Shown in pieces: positions 56,725 to 59,469 of a DNA stretch of 59,469 nt. This DNA comes from an uncultured virus (IMG/VR IMGVR_UViG_3300037400_001251) (taxonomy: Duplodnaviria; Heunggongvirae; Uroviricota; Caudoviricetes): IMG/VR virus record IMGVR_UViG_3300037400_001251. The stretch is one strand, 5' to 3'. Positions within the stretch are counted from its first letter, which is position 1. Each line of letters starts with the position of its first letter. The notes under the pieces are model-generated. The model had not been told where the DNA came from, searched no databases, and was given only the letters and a program-made list of their open reading frames with translations. The position numbers and the translations under genes are program-made.

Positions 56725-58344
56725 TTAAGATATTTTTTCATTAGCTAACATTTTGTCTAATTGATATTTCATAGACTTAAGAGTACTAATGTATTTATCT
56801 TTGTCACTAGAATTATTATTCATCTTATTAGCTTCAGCATTAGCTATTAATTCCATTACGCCTTTAATACAATAGTTACATAAACTAATTACAGGTGTTA
56901 ATAATGAAACTATGTAAGCAGCTGGTCCTTCTTCATTGAAACCATCTTGGGCTACTTTAATAAGACATATACCAACTAAGGCAGGTGCTAATAAGATACC
57001 TAATACAGCTAATTTACCTATAGCACCTAATATACTATTGAAAGAAGGATTAGAAATCATTTCTTTTAAAGTACCAATAACATTAGATGCTACACCTACC
57101 AATAGGCACAGTACTACACTAGCAGCTATCATAGTAGCACCACATATAGTATAGCCTTTCTTGATATCTGCCAAGTTACCTTCAGCCAATTTACTAGCGG
57201 CATCAGCTACCATTAACTTATCCATAAAGGTATTTTTAGCTTGCATCTTTTTAAGTAAGCCAATGTACTTAGCTAAGTCTTGATAATTTTTACTATTCAA
57301 AGCATTTTCAGTTAATTCTTTAACTTTAGCAATACTAGCTTTTTCTCTCCAACCAGTTATCAACGGAGCAGATACCAATGCTACTACAGCTACAACTACA
57401 CTAGTAATTATTTTAGTCTTGCCACTAGCTATAGCTTTAACAGTTTCTTGAGTTGCTTTCTTTACAACATTAGCACCTTGTTCTACTGCCTTTTCAGCTA
57501 CCTTTGCTTTTTCAGATACTTGACTTACACCTTTAGCAGCTTCGGTACCCTTTTCAACTGCATCTTTAGCAGCCTTAACTTCTTTACCTAAATCAGCTAC
57601 ACTCTTAAGATTATCGGCTACCTTCTTAACTTCTGAAACAGATTTAGCTGCAGGAGTTGCTTCAACGCATTTCTTAAATAATGTAGCTTGTTTAGTAACC
57701 ATGCTATGAAAATCAGATGGTTTCTTAGTTAAATCAATAGCGAACCTAGGTGCTTGTGAAACATTTTGAACGGCAGCTTTTACAGTTGTATTTACAGATT
57801 CAACTATCTTCTTAGCATCTTCAGTTTTATTAACTATATTGGTTGCAGTATTAGCAAGTATTTCTTGAGTTTTAATTTTTTTGAACTCTAGAGCTCTTTT
57901 GTAACAATCACGTATATAATAATACATAGCTGGAGTATATGTAGCATCTGCATCAAAAAGTTTTCCTTGTTGCTCTAAATCATACATACCTTCAAAAATA
58001 TCTCTTTTACTTAAATATGGGGCTATCTTTTTAGCTACATCAATACATTTCTTTATATCTTTACTGTCAAGCCCTTCAAAAGGATTAAACCATTTACTAA
58101 AGCCAGGTTTAGAGCTCTTACAATACCAAATGAATTTACTAAGAAACATCTCTAAGTTTCTTACAAATTTTACGTTAGGTTTTCCATTTTTCAATGGAGC
58201 ATATGGAATTATATCAGTTATGTTCACAGGCCAAACACTTGAATCTGCTGGCGACACACAATAACTTAACTCAACCACTAAACGTTTACCGACATCTGAC
58301 AAACCGCTTGTATCAATAATCTTAAGTATTTCTTCAGCAGTCAT
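56725..58344 (-). CDS. Multi-TM putative virion internal/ejection protein, tag at the C-terminus
   Basis: Close paralog of 52122..53699. C-terminal KYISTLKSMKYQLDKML. Confidence 0.6.
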   Translation of the reverse strand: MTAEEILKIIDTSGLSDVGKRLVVELSYCVSPADSSVWPVNITDIIPYAPLKNGKPNVKFVRNLEMFLSKFIWYCKSSKPGFSKWFNPFEGLDSKDIKKCIDVAKKIAPYLSKRDIFEGMYDLEQQGKLFDADATYTPAMYYYIRDCYKRALEFKKIKTQEILANTATNIVNKTEDAKKIVESVNTTVKAAVQNVSQAPRFAIDLTKKPSDFHSMVTKQATLFKKCVEATPAAKSVSEVKKVADNLKSVADLGKEVKAAKDAVEKGTEAAKGVSQVSEKAKVAEKAVEQGANVVKKATQETVKAIASGKTKIITSVVVAVVALVSAPLITGWREKASIAKVKELTENALNSKNYQDLAKYIGLLKKMQAKNTFMDKLMVADAASKLAEGNLADIKKGYTICGATMIAASVVLCLLVGVASNVIGTLKEMISNPSFNSILGAIGKLAVLGILLAPALVGICLIKVAQDGFNEEGPAAYIVSLLTPVISLCNYCIKGVMELIANAEANKMNNNSSDKDKYISTLKSMKYQLDKMLANEKIS

Positions 58345-58360
58345 ATATAAATCCCTTCTT

Positions 58361-59419
58361 TTAAACTAAACTTTCCATATATCTTCCAATAATATTATTA
58401 GATAATTGTACTACTGGAGAGAATATAGCTAAAACGGCAGGAGCTGCACCTTTTTCAGGGAACCCTGTCATACCAACAAATATCATAGCTACTCCTATAA
58501 CAGCAGGTATTGCTAATGCAGTTATAGCTACAATTTTTCCTATACCAACAAGAATACCTTTCCAATCTAATTTCTTTACAGCATCTATTAAAGGTTTAAA
58601 TGTATCTACATTAAAAGAGAAAGCAATTAAACTAATAATAGAACATAGAATCATACATATACCAATAGTAATATAGCCTTTCTTAAAAGTATTTAAACTA
58701 CTATCAGATATATCTCTAGCTTCTTGAGCTGTAGTTAATTTAGACCAGAAAGAATCATTATCTCTTATCTTACGTAAAGAAGTAATATACTTTTGAAAGT
58801 CTTTATATTTACCACTTTCTTTGGCAGATTTAACATTAGCCAATGCTTCAGCTATAGACTTATTTAAAGCAACTTTTCTACCTATTAAAGCACTTAAAGC
58901 AACAGCTACAATAATTACGATAGCTATAGGAGCACCAGTGCTTCCACCTACAGCAGCTGCTACACCACTAGCTGCGCTTTTAATTCCACCAATAATAGCA
59001 GTTCTAGCAGCTAATCCTTTTGCAGCGCCTTTCATAACTACTTCAGCTACACCAGGAGAAAGTTTAGAAGCGTATGTTAAAATAGAACCTAAAGCAGAAT
59101 TACCTAATCTTGGTATCTGGTATAGATACAATATAATTCTTTTGTAAAACGTAGGATTTCTACTTAGTAATCTAGCTATAGCTGCAGAACGTCTAGCAGC
59201 TTCTTTAGATACTTGTTCTCCACCTTTAGCTAAATAAGTTAACACTTTCGTAATATTATAATCAGTATTCCATATGTTGTAGGCTTGACTAAGAATACCA
59301 AATACACCAACAGCAGCAGCACTACTAGGAGGTATTTTTGGCTGGTCTGCTTCTAATAACATCTCATTAATATTACTTTGAATATATCTGAGATTATTAA
59401 TATATACATTTTTCTCCAT
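58361..59419 (-). CDS. Multi-TM putative virion internal/ejection protein
   Basis: MEKNVYINNLRYIQSNINEMLLEA, a Gly/Ala-rich hydrophobic stretch, and the shared domain WSKLTTAQEARD...LAIPAVIG...GFPEKG. Confidence 0.6.
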   Translation of the reverse strand: MEKNVYINNLRYIQSNINEMLLEADQPKIPPSSAAAVGVFGILSQAYNIWNTDYNITKVLTYLAKGGEQVSKEAARRSAAIARLLSRNPTFYKRIILYLYQIPRLGNSALGSILTYASKLSPGVAEVVMKGAAKGLAARTAIIGGIKSAASGVAAAVGGSTGAPIAIVIIVAVALSALIGRKVALNKSIAEALANVKSAKESGKYKDFQKYITSLRKIRDNDSFWSKLTTAQEARDISDSSLNTFKKGYITIGICMILCSIISLIAFSFNVDTFKPLIDAVKKLDWKGILVGIGKIVAITALAIPAVIGVAMIFVGMTGFPEKGAAPAVLAIFSPVVQLSNNIIGRYMESLV

Positions 59420-59469
59420 AATATTCTTATAACTCCTTTAAAAATATTTTTTATAGTACTCAAAAAAAA

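Noticed and set aside
52122..58344. Diversity-generating retroelement template/variable repeat
   Set aside because: The duplicated DNA lies within two intact paralogous ORFs, differences are not adenine-specific, and no reverse transcriptase is in the window.
1326..59147. Antisense or alternate-frame ORFs in the track (e.g. 1326-1643, 5714-6373, 7776-8105, 8667-9071, 8791-9060, 25913-26266, 40753-41136, 42640-42903, 53329-53706, 58821-59147)
   Set aside because: They overlap well-supported genes, have no recognisable motifs, and show the Ser/Leu/Phe/Ile bias typical of shadow frames.
1..59469. Stop-codon reassignment
   Set aside because: Conserved genes are full length in the standard code, and TAA, TGA and TAG all end genes. 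The single internal TAA at 47937 is isolated.
1..59469. tRNA, rRNA or CRISPR array
   Set aside because: By eye I found no T-loop/cloverleaf, rRNA-like segment or regularly spaced 25-45-nt repeats. A tRNAscan/ARAGORN run would be needed to exclude atypical tRNAs.

Overview
A strongly AT-rich segment of a large tailed (jumbo, contractile-tail) bacteriophage genome, standard genetic code, with two converging arms meeting at a terminator near 32.3 kb. The + arm (1-32.2 kb) carries a cellular-like multisubunit RNA polymerase beta subunit split into two genes with a type II topoisomerase A-subunit gene between them. It also carries FolE, dUTPase, an Hc1 histone-like protein, a Whirly-like ssDNA-binding protein, SbcD/SbcC, a nicotinamidase homolog lacking two catalytic residues, an AEP-like protein, an NDT-phosphoesterase fusion, two winged-HTH proteins, a MoxR/VWA-peptidase pair and an array of divergent ~200-aa putative paralogs. 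The - arm (32.3-59.4 kb) carries an SNF2 helicase, a zincin, a tail sheath with a DUF2793-like insertion and a T4-type head module (portal, core, prohead protease, scaffolds, gp23-like capsid), followed by a second paralog array. The most novel-looking elements are: (i) an eight-gene family at 50.7-59.4 kb sharing a ~22-aa YI..LK.L...I...L.E tag that often ends at a T4-type prohead-protease site, six members also sharing a multi-TM domain (candidate capsid-packaged membrane/ejection proteins); (ii) a ~290-nt multi-hairpin, pseudoknotted non-coding element with palindromic AGGCCT loops (47.46-47.75 kb); and (iii) recurrent intergenic RNA hairpins followed by CAC(G) instead of a U-tract. All family assignments are by motif recognition from memory; no database searches or folding programs were run.
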